Origin: Tubiluchus corallicola | Lineage: Eukaryota > Animalia > Priapulida | Reading direction: 5' to 3' | Assembly (NCBI GenBank): GCA_030141605.1 | Contig: JAQGDQ010000008.1 | Location: forward strand, 682,001-746,000 | Length of the DNA: 64,000 nt | Shown here: piece by piece, positions 35,701 through 45,900 of the stretch | Layout: the number at the start of each line of letters is the position of its first letter | Position numbering within the stretch: position 1 is the first letter of the stretch | Notes under the pieces: generated by a model | What the model was told of the DNA's origin: nothing | The model's input: only the letters and a program-made list of their open reading frames with translations | Database searches by the model: none | Program-made: the position numbers and the translations under genes

Positions 35701-38457
35701 AGGAAATGGGAATATGGAAATAGTCCTCATGATGAAGAGTTATCAACAGTCGAACACTATTATGAATGTTGGCATAAGACGAACTTGACGGTTTTCTATT
35801 ACAATGTTCAAATTTTGCTAAATTACATGATTTAAATTTTGAAAAAACTTTTTTTCACTAAGGTTGAATATTTTAACAATTACCTGATGGATCTCAAGAG
35901 ACCAACATCGGCATCCGAAGCACCAAAACCATCGCAGTCAATGACAAGTTACAGTGGTGGTGGTCCTCATCAAGGTGGCCCTACCGGCGGTGGCTACCAG
36001 CCACGCCCACCAATGCCTCCCTCATATAGTACGTAATGCTTTTTTATACTTATTTAATGACTTATGCGATGTTAATAGCCTCTTGACCTTTGAGTCAGAC
36101 TAACTGAATTAATAAGAATTTTCTTTTTTTGAATTTGAGACTCATGTAAACGAGAGTGCTGTTTGTATAACTTCGCTTTGTAAAAATTTTTAAAAATATC
36201 TCGAGAGTGTGTTACCTATTTTCCGTCTTCCTCTTTAAGATATACTTGTGTACTTGGTTTCGCATTAACAACAAACAAAACAAAAAGGTTTTCCAGCAAC
36301 AGCAATAATGCATTGTTTTTTTTGCGAGGACCTTTGTATAATATTCAGTATTCTGATTTGTTCAGCTGTCAGTCCAGCTTCTCCTGTCTACGTGTGTCAC
36401 AGTAGACATTCCACGTAAACCAAAAAACCTTCTAAAACTTTCAAAAATTTTAAATAAAAACAACAGCAAGAATTTTCTTATATTCAACGTTGCAAGTGAA
36501 TTGGGTATATGACCTTGAGAAGCTTGTCAGTGCTTGATTACTGTCAGACATTCCCGTCAAATGTAACGTTATTTCTAATGTCGGCTAAATGAGGTATTTA
36601 CCTTGAATCCTGTTGGCTCAATGAACTCCCCTTGGGGTATGCAGTGCCTAAAGATGAGCTCTAAAATTAATTGACTCTTCCCATTATGCACAAAAAATCA
36701 GTTTAGTGAACTCTCCTAGGGATGTTTCAATAGCTTTTCTCCCTTAAGTGCCTGACACTTATTGATGTCCACCAGCTCTTTCTAATAAGTGTTAAAATTA
36801 TTAGTGAAATGTGCTGCTGGGGCTAAAATTTTGTCAAGTTGTTTTGTTGCCTCTGCCTCATCAACTTTGCGAAGTGTTCCGTCTCATATGCAAACGTTTC
36901 CAGTTCAAGATGTTTACACTAAACAAGTTTCTGGGTTCACGTGATAATCTTTGTCAATTATTCAGTATTAATTTTTCTAATGTCTAGCCTTTCATCAAAT
37001 GTTCTTTGATTGGTTTTTTTTAATCACCTGTGCGTTCTCATCATCACTGGTACTGATTCAAAGGTTCAACCAGTTTCACAAATTTTCTTCTAGTCATTGA
37101 AATTTTTAGCAGTAGTAGCAGTACTGACTGTATGTAAGTTCTGCAAAACCTGGACCTTCTGTTGTTCTCAGTGCTCCTTTCTGCATGGAGTAAGTGATAA
37201 TTTAGAAAAAAGTGATTATTACAGCATTAGCTTTTCATGCATTAACTAGTGTTTCATTACTAGCAAAGCTATGCCGTACCAATATGCAGCACAGGATTAC
37301 ATCTTTTTTATTTTTACAGACCATTACGGGGGCGGTGGTGGATATCAAAGCAGAGGCGGGTATGGAGGAGGACCATATGGAGGCAGAGAGAATTATTCAA
37401 GTTATCGTGGTGGAATGCGAGGAAGAGGAGGGTAAATGTTACTTTTTTCCTAAATGTAGTACAAATTTTCCTAAATAAGTCAATAGACTGCTGGTTGGCA
37501 GCCACAAATAGGAGAGGTGGAGAATTGAGAAATGATGGTTAACAGATAACAGCTGGGCAAAGGTTATGAAACTAGGAAGAATTAATGTCTGCACGAAGCA
37601 TTTTGTGTGGTCAGTTTATAATATTTATAAGATACTTATGGATACAAATTGTATTGGGCTAATATATGCATTAGCTCACATTATTTGTATAGCAAGTGCA
37701 CTTAAGTAAAGAGCCTCTACTGGGGGAGTTCAGTAACAGGTTAAGTAGAAATTGTAACCGAATGTGCATTTTAGGACTAGTGGCCACCGTGATAATGTAC
37801 AATACTTTTATTTAAGAATGTAATTACTTGGTACATTTATAATGTTCATAATTTATCAGGGTAAAATTACGAGTTGCATTAGTGCAAATATAGTCTATGG
37901 CTGATTTTCGTTATTTCTTACTCACGTCACACTGCCATAATTATGTTTGTGTAATGTACTTGTTTGTAACATTGCGGAGAATTGAACTGTGTCTAGGTGG
38001 CTATGCTTAGTATTATTGAAAAGCTATATCCACATTCAAACATTTTGTAGGTATAATAAACACGTTTTTGAGAGATTGGAAATGTTGAACCAGGACTTTT
38101 TACAAAAACAACAAACCAATCTGTGATTCTCATGATATTTCACAGAATGTGTATGTAGGCCAGCATAGGAACGCAAGTCATTGTTTTAATATTGTATATA
38201 TATTTGCATGTAGATGTAGATCTTTTCATGCTAGAGCTCAGGGCTTATTTGGTTATTAAAACGCTTTGCGCTCGCAACAGCGGGGTAATTCCTGTCCTGT
38301 GGTACTTGCATGCTTAACTACGCAAGGTGTGCTCCTTTTAAACTTCCCAAGTACAATCCAAAATGTGTTTTCCTGCAGGTATGGCGATCGACGGGACCCT
38401 CGCGGGATAATACACTACGAGGATTTGGATCGGCCCAGTGAATATGACATCTTCTAA
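9493..38457 (+). CDS. SRRT: Serrate RNA effector molecule homolog (Ars2), complete, 19 coding exons, about 834 aa
   Basis: Phase-compatible exons: 9493-9578, 11153-11290, 11546-11656, 12285-12461, 13625-13794, 14517-14671, 16014-16100, 16546-16615, 18652-18729, 19337-19500, 20341-20481, 21044-21238, 21835-21993, 22439-22592, 32341-32449, 34680-34833, 35863-36028, 37320-37431, 38379-38457 (sum 2505 nt). Hallmark peptides: [23 protein letters not shown]; [17 protein letters not shown]; [12 protein letters not shown]; [19 protein letters not shown]; [34 protein letters not shown]; zinc finger [25 protein letters not shown]; C-terminal [20 protein letters not shown]. Confidence 0.96.
9946..10521. 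repeat. About 60-bp near-identical direct repeat pair (9946-10007 and 10461-10521) in SRRT intron 1
   Basis: gttatttcattaactat(g/t)tctaatattcatgatcattttt..attgattttttatatttaag occurs twice. Confidence 0.7.
10175..10990. mobile_element. Degenerate MITE/foldback with long inverted arms
   Basis: 10243-10310 (gttatctgcaaatt..aaattacaagtcaaaacagcataaaaatttaacagaa) is the reverse complement of 10812-10881. Weaker symmetry extends outward (actagcaaa/tttgctagt). Confidence 0.5.
17328..18280. mobile_element. Tc1/mariner-pogo (Tigger-like) non-autonomous element, 953 bp
   Basis: TA|CAGTAGGCGTCGCTTAATAGACTCAC ... GTGAGTCTATTAAGCAGTGCCCACTG|TA: about 26-bp TIRs with a TA target duplication. Confidence 0.85.
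19650..19760 (+). mobile_element. 5S-rRNA-derived (SINE3-like) retroposon fragment
   Basis: aaactaagcaacactgagccggctagta...cggatgggtgactgccaggaaaac resembles the 5S internal control region (AAGCTAAGCAGG..GGTTAGTACTTGGATGGGAGACCGCCTGGGAA). A related copy sharing ggtgactgccaggaaa lies near 42595-42680. Confidence 0.5.
20761..20790. repeat. (TA)15 microsatellite
   Basis: Perfect TA run. Confidence 0.95.
22690..23890. mobile_element. Putative piggyBac-like (TTAA) non-autonomous element, left end degenerate
   Basis: Right end ...gtcaggaaagag|TTAA at 23891 resembles TTAA-CTCTTTCC termini, and there are internal dyad motifs at 22772-22794 and 22948-22970. No clean left TIR found. Confidence 0.3.
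24194..24420. mobile_element. Putative PIF/Harbinger-like MITE fragment
   Basis: TAA|AGCCAGGCTTTCAC start, repeated gtcgc/gcgac motifs and an AT-rich pseudo-palindromic core (aaaattttgaaagtttaaagttt). The right end was not found. Confidence 0.35.
25598..26039 (-). mobile_element. Internally deleted pogo-family DNA transposon retaining the transposase C-terminus (25695-25931)
   Basis: TIRs TA|CCATATTTTCCCATGTATAAGAGACCC ... GGGTCTCTTATACGCGGGAAAATACGG|TA. Peptide [36 protein letters not shown] plus an acidic tail matches the end of pogo/POGK-type DDE transposases. Nested in the foldback element. Confidence 0.88.
27320..27375 (+). repeat. Degenerate (TTAGGG)n-like tract inside the foldback element
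   Basis: ttagggttaagattaggattgagagttagtgttgggggttgggttagggttagg. Confidence 0.6.
29400..30320 (-). mobile_element. Decayed non-LTR retrotransposon (LINE) reverse transcriptase relic
   Basis: The minus strand gives [25 protein letters not shown] (RT D-x-S-K-A-F-D motif, about 30220-30290) and [43 protein letters not shown] (29769-30011). Frameshifts and stops lie between the pieces. Confidence 0.75.
31039..31521 (-). CDS. Intronless 160-aa protein with a divergent MATH/TRAF-like domain, nested antisense in SRRT intron 14
   Basis: ATG in good context (aaaATGg) at 31521, TGA at 31039-31041; the frame is stop-free from 31689. The pattern [13 protein letters not shown] / RRILLRR / CMNVGIEM / [16 protein letters not shown] / [29 protein letters not shown] follows MATH strand order, with the C-terminal W-x-x-L-x(4,5)-GFL-x-x-x-x-I-x-I signature. 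It is the longest non-low-complexity ORF in the window. Confidence 0.55.
   Translation of the reverse strand: MAVVNGSCTHVAIRNENLHLMKKDENLQMVKKDVNLVFSVSVEKIRALTPGGSWSLIHTEDKTRRILLRRCVPDKCGNNVNKKSGRGCCMNVGIEMGDIYSTIVLMNNNPKNTITKLCDTNSSWWEVNLVRWESLLEDQYGFLRGGKIHIKLFPRDQAIE
32450..34679 (+). other. U12-type (minor spliceosome) GT-AG intron, SRRT intron 15
   Basis: Donor GTATCCTTT at 32450 is the U12 consensus. Branch site tgCCTTAAC at 34657-34665 lies 15 nt before the AG at 34678-34679, with no extended polypyrimidine tract. Splicing gives KDPE-I-EVEKF, collinear with Ars2 orthologues. Confidence 0.88.
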
Positions 38458-39103
38458 AAACATGTTTTCTCCTGTTTCAGTGGAATGTTCTACTAGCTTG
38501 CAGCTTGCAGTGATGAATGGTCCACGCTTGTAGACAACGCTTAATATGTAAGATTGTTTTTTGTTAAATTTTTAAGCTGATAGTGTACTGTAATGACATC
38601 ATAATCTACTTAAGTATCTATATTTTCTTGAATGCATTTCGCTTCCTGATATTTCTCAAATGTTTTCTTAAACATTTTATTTCTTTTACTGACATGTGAG
38701 AATTGTAAGATTTTGTGAATATATTGTGAAATTCATACTGGTCGTTAAGCTCAGCAAGCAGTTACATGCACTGGTAAATTACCATTTTTTATTAACTTGT
38801 GCTTTTAATTGTTTGTCCACATGTACATGGCGTGAAACAATTCTGCGACACCTTGGAAGTCTGTCAAAAAATTTTACTTCTCAACTCTTAAGCATTTTAG
38901 AAATAGAACAGGTATGAGCAGAAGTTTCTTTTAAATTTTTAATCAGATTGTTTAAAAAGGATTAGTACATAAACTTTTCAGTGTTGTCTGTGTGTAGTCA
39001 TTTTTGAAGATTCGTTTTGAGCAGCTTGTACCGGCGAAATTAGCTCGTTGTTAAATTAATGTGAATTGCAAATGTAAAAGTTGATATACCACAATTCAGA
39101 CGT

Positions 39104-39109
39104 AATAAA
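39104..39109 (+). terminator. Candidate SRRT polyadenylation signal
   Basis: AATAAA about 650 nt after the SRRT stop, followed by GT-rich sequence. Confidence 0.4.
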
Positions 39110-39964
39110 TACAAATTTACCAAATTAAACAATGTTGTTCGCTCGCATTTAAACTTTTGCTGTAAGCACAGTTGTCAAGACTTGGTACTACCAAAGTATA
39201 TAGATCACAGGAAGTAAAGAAACTACTGTTTAGCTGTTGGCGCAGTTAGTATCGTCCTTCTGGCAAAGCAGTACAAATGCAAAAGATGAAGTTATATGAA
39301 ACAGTTATTAATTTGTTATTAATTTATTAATTTTAAATTATAGGCAGCTCTAAGTACATTTGCGAGTTTTTGCATTATTTCACCATTATTTGCACCAGCA
39401 TCCAATGACAGAGGTATTCTGGAATAATTTTTTTGTGGCACTGTGTTGCAAAAACAAAATACATGACAATAGACGAGTTTCTTCACTTCCCCGTCAATAT
39501 ATACATTTTAGTATCAGTCCTCTGAGAAGTTGTGCTGAAATTTCAACTTATTCCTATGCTACTTTGTACCAACGTGAATTCTTCCTTGAATCGAGAGTCG
39601 AAGAATTGAATGCTACAAAACCATTTACAGCACATAATAATGAACAGCAATACTGCATTTCTGTAACTCTGTTGCAAGTTTTAAAATCTAATTCACTTTT
39701 ATTTAAATTACGTAGTTATTTTCATAAGCTTGATGCTTATGTAATGAGACAAATTTTACGCTTAAATAATGAGACAAATTGTAACCTTTGAAAAACTATA
39801 AACCAATGTAAAAATCCCCTTTAAAAGCTCAGAATTTTTACATCTAAGATACCTTTAATGAAATAAATACCTTTAACAAATTAACTTAAGTACTTGTAAA
39901 AAAAGGCTATTCTTTTTCAACTTTCTCTGCTTAGTACTGCAACATCATCCTTTACCATTCTTTT

Positions 39965-42900
39965 TTAACTTTCTCTGCACAGTACTGCAACATCATTTAT
40001 AAGCTCTGTGATTCCAGATTTGAGTTCAGCATCCGATGAATCTTCATGAAGTCTTTGTAGAGTTTGCTTTGGTAACTGTAAGTGACGTACAGTCTGAATA
40101 GTAAGGACAGTGAAAACATATTTCGAATTATGTACAAGACACTGGCTTCTAATCATAGACTACAATGATTTCAGATTTGCTATTAAAATTTTCTACTATT
40201 ATGACAGCAAAATCGCCAATAATTCTGTTAGAATGAAGCCTATAAAATTTACCGTTTCTAGTAATTCATGGACCAGGCTTGGATTGCTAGTCTCATAGTT
40301 TAGAGATTGTATAAGTCGCAGTGCATGCAACTGATTCTTCACATTGAAATCGTCTGAAATGCACGTGTTAGAAATATTTATTACTATTCATATAGCATGC
40401 ACTTTAGTTATGTACGGTGTGAGGACACAGCCGATTGGACAATGTGTGTGGAATGTGCATAGCAACCCAAACAAAGCAATGCTGAGCTTTGTTAATAAAT
40501 TCCAGATGCTTGCTGACAATGTTTCTTGAAGGTTTTATCAGCTGTACTGCACCTGGCTATTTACCTTGCTGATGGAGGCTGTATTTAGACATCCAAACAT
40601 TTCTAACACACTTCTGCTGGTTCAGTGTTTCATCTTAGAGAAGTATCCTTGATAATGAGATAAGTTCTGATCCCGTTACAACCATCCACATTAAGAAGGT
40701 GTTGCCCTTAAGTGCTGTCTCTGTCGATGATGGCTTACAGAGTAACAACTGTTTCAAAAATGAATCAACTTGTTTACTATACAGTTATATTTTCTATTAC
40801 TATAGTCCTCTTTACTGAATTCATGGGATTTGTTGTGTGTTACCATGGTCATGTTAATGGCACAGTTACCTATAAGTAATTATTGCTTACCTGTAAGAAT
40901 AAGCGAAAGACGAGAAATAATGCTTTGCTTTTCGCTCAATTACCTATAAGTAATTATTGCTTACCTGTAAGAATAAGCGAAAGACGAGAAATAATGCTTT
41001 GCTTTTCGCTCAGGTATTTTAGTCCCTTTTGGTTAATGCTGACATTATACAGAGCCATAAGCAACAGCCTAGATAGAAAAAAAGCAGCAATTGCATTTCA
41101 ACTGGTAAAGATTAGTCTAGTTGCAAATAAGCCAAACAACTGATGGTTATAATGAATTAAATAATCAGGCATTCTGACTCATTTGTTATTTCCAGGAAAA
41201 ACGTTGCTAACCTAGCTACAAAATATCCACTCTATTAAAAAACAATTAAAACATGCTATAAAGTGCTGCAAAAGCGTTAATTGCTTAAACCTTTGAGCCA
41301 AGCTAACCTAAAATATAAGTATAGCATATCATAAACAGGCGTATCAAGACTTTAGGACCTCTTTGGCTTATAGTTCTGACCTGTCCATCTCTATTGTGAG
41401 TGTGATGTAATGAGCAGATTAAACAATTACTTGTGGTATATTCAAGCAGGGTGTGCAATAATTTGCTGTGTAATATCTTGCACGCGTTCGTTGTGTGGCA
41501 CTTATATAAAAGCTGCGCTCAGCAAACTGCCTGTGGTGTGCTACAAAGTATGCCCTTTACGTGAATATGAAAGTATACACATTTTCCGATGAGAATAAGA
41601 ATTTTTTCTAAAATGTGATGCCCTCAATTTTGACACCCTAGGCTATAGCCTAGTTAGCCTATTAGTTAATACGCCCCTTTTCATAAAACAGAAAAGGTCC
41701 TTATAACACCCTTCTCACAAGCATCTAATCATGAAAGCAAAAGTGCATGTAACTACAGACATTATGTTGACTAATGATCATGTGCATACTATCCCTGGTG
41801 CCCCAGCTGTTTATATCATTGATGCGGTATGTGCATACAAAGATGCGAACATGCCTGGCTTACAACTTATTTCAAAGGATTATCTTAGATACAGAGCTAA
41901 ATTCCACTCCTGCTACAAACATCGACATTAAGTAGGCTGCCAATGAGTATTGGATCGCAGATGCAAAATCTCGAGCTGTATAAAAAATGTATGTCAGTTA
42001 CAAGTTTTGGGAGAAAAAACGTACTTTAGTAGAGAGGTCTAATGACCCCAGTCAATCTGATAAGTTTTCTCTGCAGTCCCTTTCTTTAACCAGTGATTGA
42101 TATGATTAACAGTTACCAACTCTATTGTGCTTTATATCTGTCCACACCACTACTGTTTTGTTTTTCAAGAGCAACACGCAACTTAGCTTTGCCAAATGCA
42201 AATATTATACATTAACTATTAACTGTGAATATTACTTACTGCCGTAATCGAGAAAATTGCATGGGAGCTAGCTTCGTCAAGCAGGTCTCAGTAAACATAT
42301 CGATTACTCTTACACCATTTGGATTTTCGATCAGAAAATGACGCCCAGATGGAGCAGCAGCTATGTTGGTTATTACTCCACAGAGTGCTAAGACAAATGT
42401 GGACTCATCACTTTGTTCTTGAGAATTACCAGTTGCAATATTTTCACCATCGGCATAAGTTTCTACGTAACTTTCTAAGGTTCCCAGGACAAGTTCTAGG
42501 AACTCTGAAATCTATATGGAAACTTTCATGCCCTAAGTATATTATACCGTTTTTAAAAAATGATTGGAATAGCAGATGAATGCTGAAAAAGTGTGTGTAT
42601 GCTTAGCCAGCAGTTATGTATTACTAGGCCTGGTGACTGCCAGGAAACCAGGTTCTAAAAGTGTGCTGCATTCTAGCCTGCACTTTCTTAAAAATGTATT
42701 GTATAGGATAACAAGCTTTAACGTGCGACTGGGGAATAATTTGCAGTATACTAAAAATGCTAATTATTGAATTTGAGAAAGAAATTTGTCCATCAATTTC
42801 CAGTCTTCCTACAAAGAAGTTCAGCACTGCTACTGCTGCTACTACTAAAAAAAGTTTGAAAGGACAGACCATCTCAATGTTCAAAAAAAAAAGAATATTG

Positions 42901-45900
42901 CACTAAGCTCCTCGTTCAAAAGAAATTTTAGAATGTTGAGGCAACCTGACCAGTAGAATTTTTCCTAAATTTCTGTCACCTTGCTTAGACATTCACGTAA
43001 CAGTTAAATAAAAATCCATCCTTATTACACTAATGCCAAAAGGTACTTTTCAATTTGCATTACATTACAGTAAATACTACTAAAACCTTTTGTAAGCATA
43101 CAGCTTTTCAGCATTAGCATAAGTACATGTGGACACAGGCAAATACAGTTGAATCCTGACATTTTTCTTGTGCATATTGGATACAACTAATTTGCACTGA
43201 AAAAAATGCTTAATTTCATTTAAGTGGGATACAGTTTACTGCCCAAAGTATATCGTGTCAGATAAGTGCATTTTTAGATTTCTTTACATACCAGGAATGA
43301 AAACGAACAAATTTGTTTGAAAATTATAACAGTAAGATCTCTTGGACTAGCTGAAAGTTAGAAGACAATTCAAGACATCTCTATAAAAGGTGACACATGA
43401 AACAAATCACATTTTACTTTTGTAACTATTGGTCATGAAGCTGCAACATATGAATGTTTAAAAAGCTAAGCTCAAAAAGCTTATAAACGTTATAAGATCT
43501 TTTCATTGCAACAACGAAAGTCAACATGCAAAGACGAATTCTGCTGTTTCTTTTGAAGGATTAAGTCTTTCATGCTATTCTATGTTGTGCACCTTTTCGA
43601 ATTACAGTCAACCTCGGGTATAAGGTACTCGCTTATAAGGGACCACCAACACCGGTCCCGATTTTTCGTAACGTTTTTCCTTATATAAATCTTCGTGTAT
43701 AAGGTACTTTCAGTTATAAGGGACGATATCTTCAGGTCCCTGCATAATAGAAACCCAGGTAAATTTCCTAGCATATAAGGGACCCTATGATCAAAGTGAT
43801 TTAACGTTAATTTTTCGCAAACTCGACTTCGAACAGCTCCGTTTCTGTGGTCACATACATCTCGCATCACTGAAGGAGCTTCCTACATGCTGTTTGCACT
43901 GAATGTGTAGCAATAATCCATAAAAATACGGGTAAAAGTACGGGTCTAATTACAACCTCAGTTTGACTCAACTTCCTGCTATAAGGGACGGTTTTTTCTG
44001 GTTCGAAGGTGTCCCTTATATCCGAGGTTGACTGTACTATGGAATTGTAACGCCTTTTGCCACACAGTTCTATAGTAAACAGTCTGTTTTGCATGTTCAA
44101 TAGTTATTAAATTTTACAATGATTCATGAATTAAGCCCTTGAATATACATCTAGACATAGAAAATAGTCGTTTATCCGAGTAAATCTAAACTTCCTCATT
44201 CTGACATTATTCCTTGTTCCTAACAGTAAACAGCTAAGCCAACAAGACAATAAAGATGCCGGTATTTATTGGTGAGATGTTTCGGGTCAATCTACAATCC
44301 ATTGTCAATCAATAAATGCAGAATTGTAAAGGACATAAAGTTCTTTCTATGTTGTTTACACAGCCCCCAAATACTGGCCTCTTTATTGTATCGTTGGCTT
44401 TGTTGTTTATCATTCAAATAAGATTTCCGCCAAGTAAGAGCCTGATAATAGCCCAGTACCCTGAATTGAAAACACTTTCGATTACAAGTCCCCAAAATAT
44501 TCATTTGTAAATAAAAACATGCAAAGGCCCACAGCGTTATTGTTTATCTTTGCTGCAACAATTTCACAATCTCCCCTTGCCACCTTCATTGCAGACATTT
44601 CAGCAAATGCTTTTCCCCACAGTGGCAGCTCTTCGCTAAAATTACTGAGGGTAATATAATTATTATATTTATAAAAATTTTTGGCCATTGTTTAATACTG
44701 TGTAAAACGAAACAAACATAAGTAATTTTAATGTTTTAATTTGTAATTGTAATTTTGAACAAACAAACATACAAAAATTTATACATAAACTTGATAAAAT
44801 CCGAAATAAAAAATATTGTTCGCTTACGAATAGCCTAAATTGTCGCAGTTCAAGAACATGCCGGTACATGGCTTTTAAGCACGTGACAACTGACAACACA
44901 CACTGTGTGAGCAACAGTACCCTTTCTACCCAAAGTGCAGCATCTTATCTCAGCATCATCTATGGCTGAATGTGCACAGCAGCCAAACGCCACATTGTTT
45001 GAGCTGTGGGCACACTGTGCTGGGCTGTGAAGTAAGCAGTACTACCCTCATGTGTATAAGTATAAAGAAAGAACTAAAGAAAAAAGACTTATTGTAATGA
45101 ATATTATTGATAATACTGAGTGAAAATACTGGGTGCTGCAGTTCCACAGTACCTATGCATAAGCCGTCACTGTTTCCCCAACACCTTCATTACAAGCATT
45201 GCACAGCTGTTCTCCTTGCTACTTTCGTGGCAGGGATTTCACAACAGTCTCTCCTCACCACTACATTGCAGGCATTCAGCAATAACCTCCCTTCACCATC
45301 TTCGTTTCAGGTAGTACATAACTGTTTCTCCTCACCACGTTCGTTGCATGCATTTTACAAATACCTTACATTACTACATTTGTTGCTCCTCACCCCTACT
45401 TCGCAAGCATTTCATGACTGTTTCTCCTCCTCTTTTTTGTTTGAGCCAAGTAGGCAAAACGTGACGTTTATCATTTACCCTGTTGCTTTGTAGTATGGAA
45501 CTGATGGCATCTCTGGACTGTGAAACCCCCCATAATAATGTACTGATTGCCGTGCCAAGGTTCACACAGTAATCTGACTGCTGATTCATCTGGTTATTCA
45601 GTTCTTGCAGCTCAAATTTTAGCACAAACTTTTCCTGTAAAAATAATAGAAGCAAATAAAAAGAAAGAAGAAAAGCTTATTAAAATTCCTGCATAAGTCA
45701 GACTCAGATAATGAAAGCCGCTAACCTTCATGTATGTAAAAGTATTAAAGGTATTTAAGATACAGTAGCTTTTGTTTGGTAGTACAATAATCATTTATTA
45801 GATAGGGACACTAAATACAAATGTTGTTAACTGTGCTAATAATTGAATATTTTGAATATTACACACTGTGTGAAGTGACACCTATTTTTGACATCTAAAT

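Noticed and set aside
39360-39791. 143-aa plus-strand ORF, and similar short ORFs in the track (e.g. 24228-24635, 45107-45493, 62509-62889)
   Set aside because: Mostly non-ATG starts, composition typical of translated AT-rich non-coding DNA, and they lie in UTRs, repeats or transposons.
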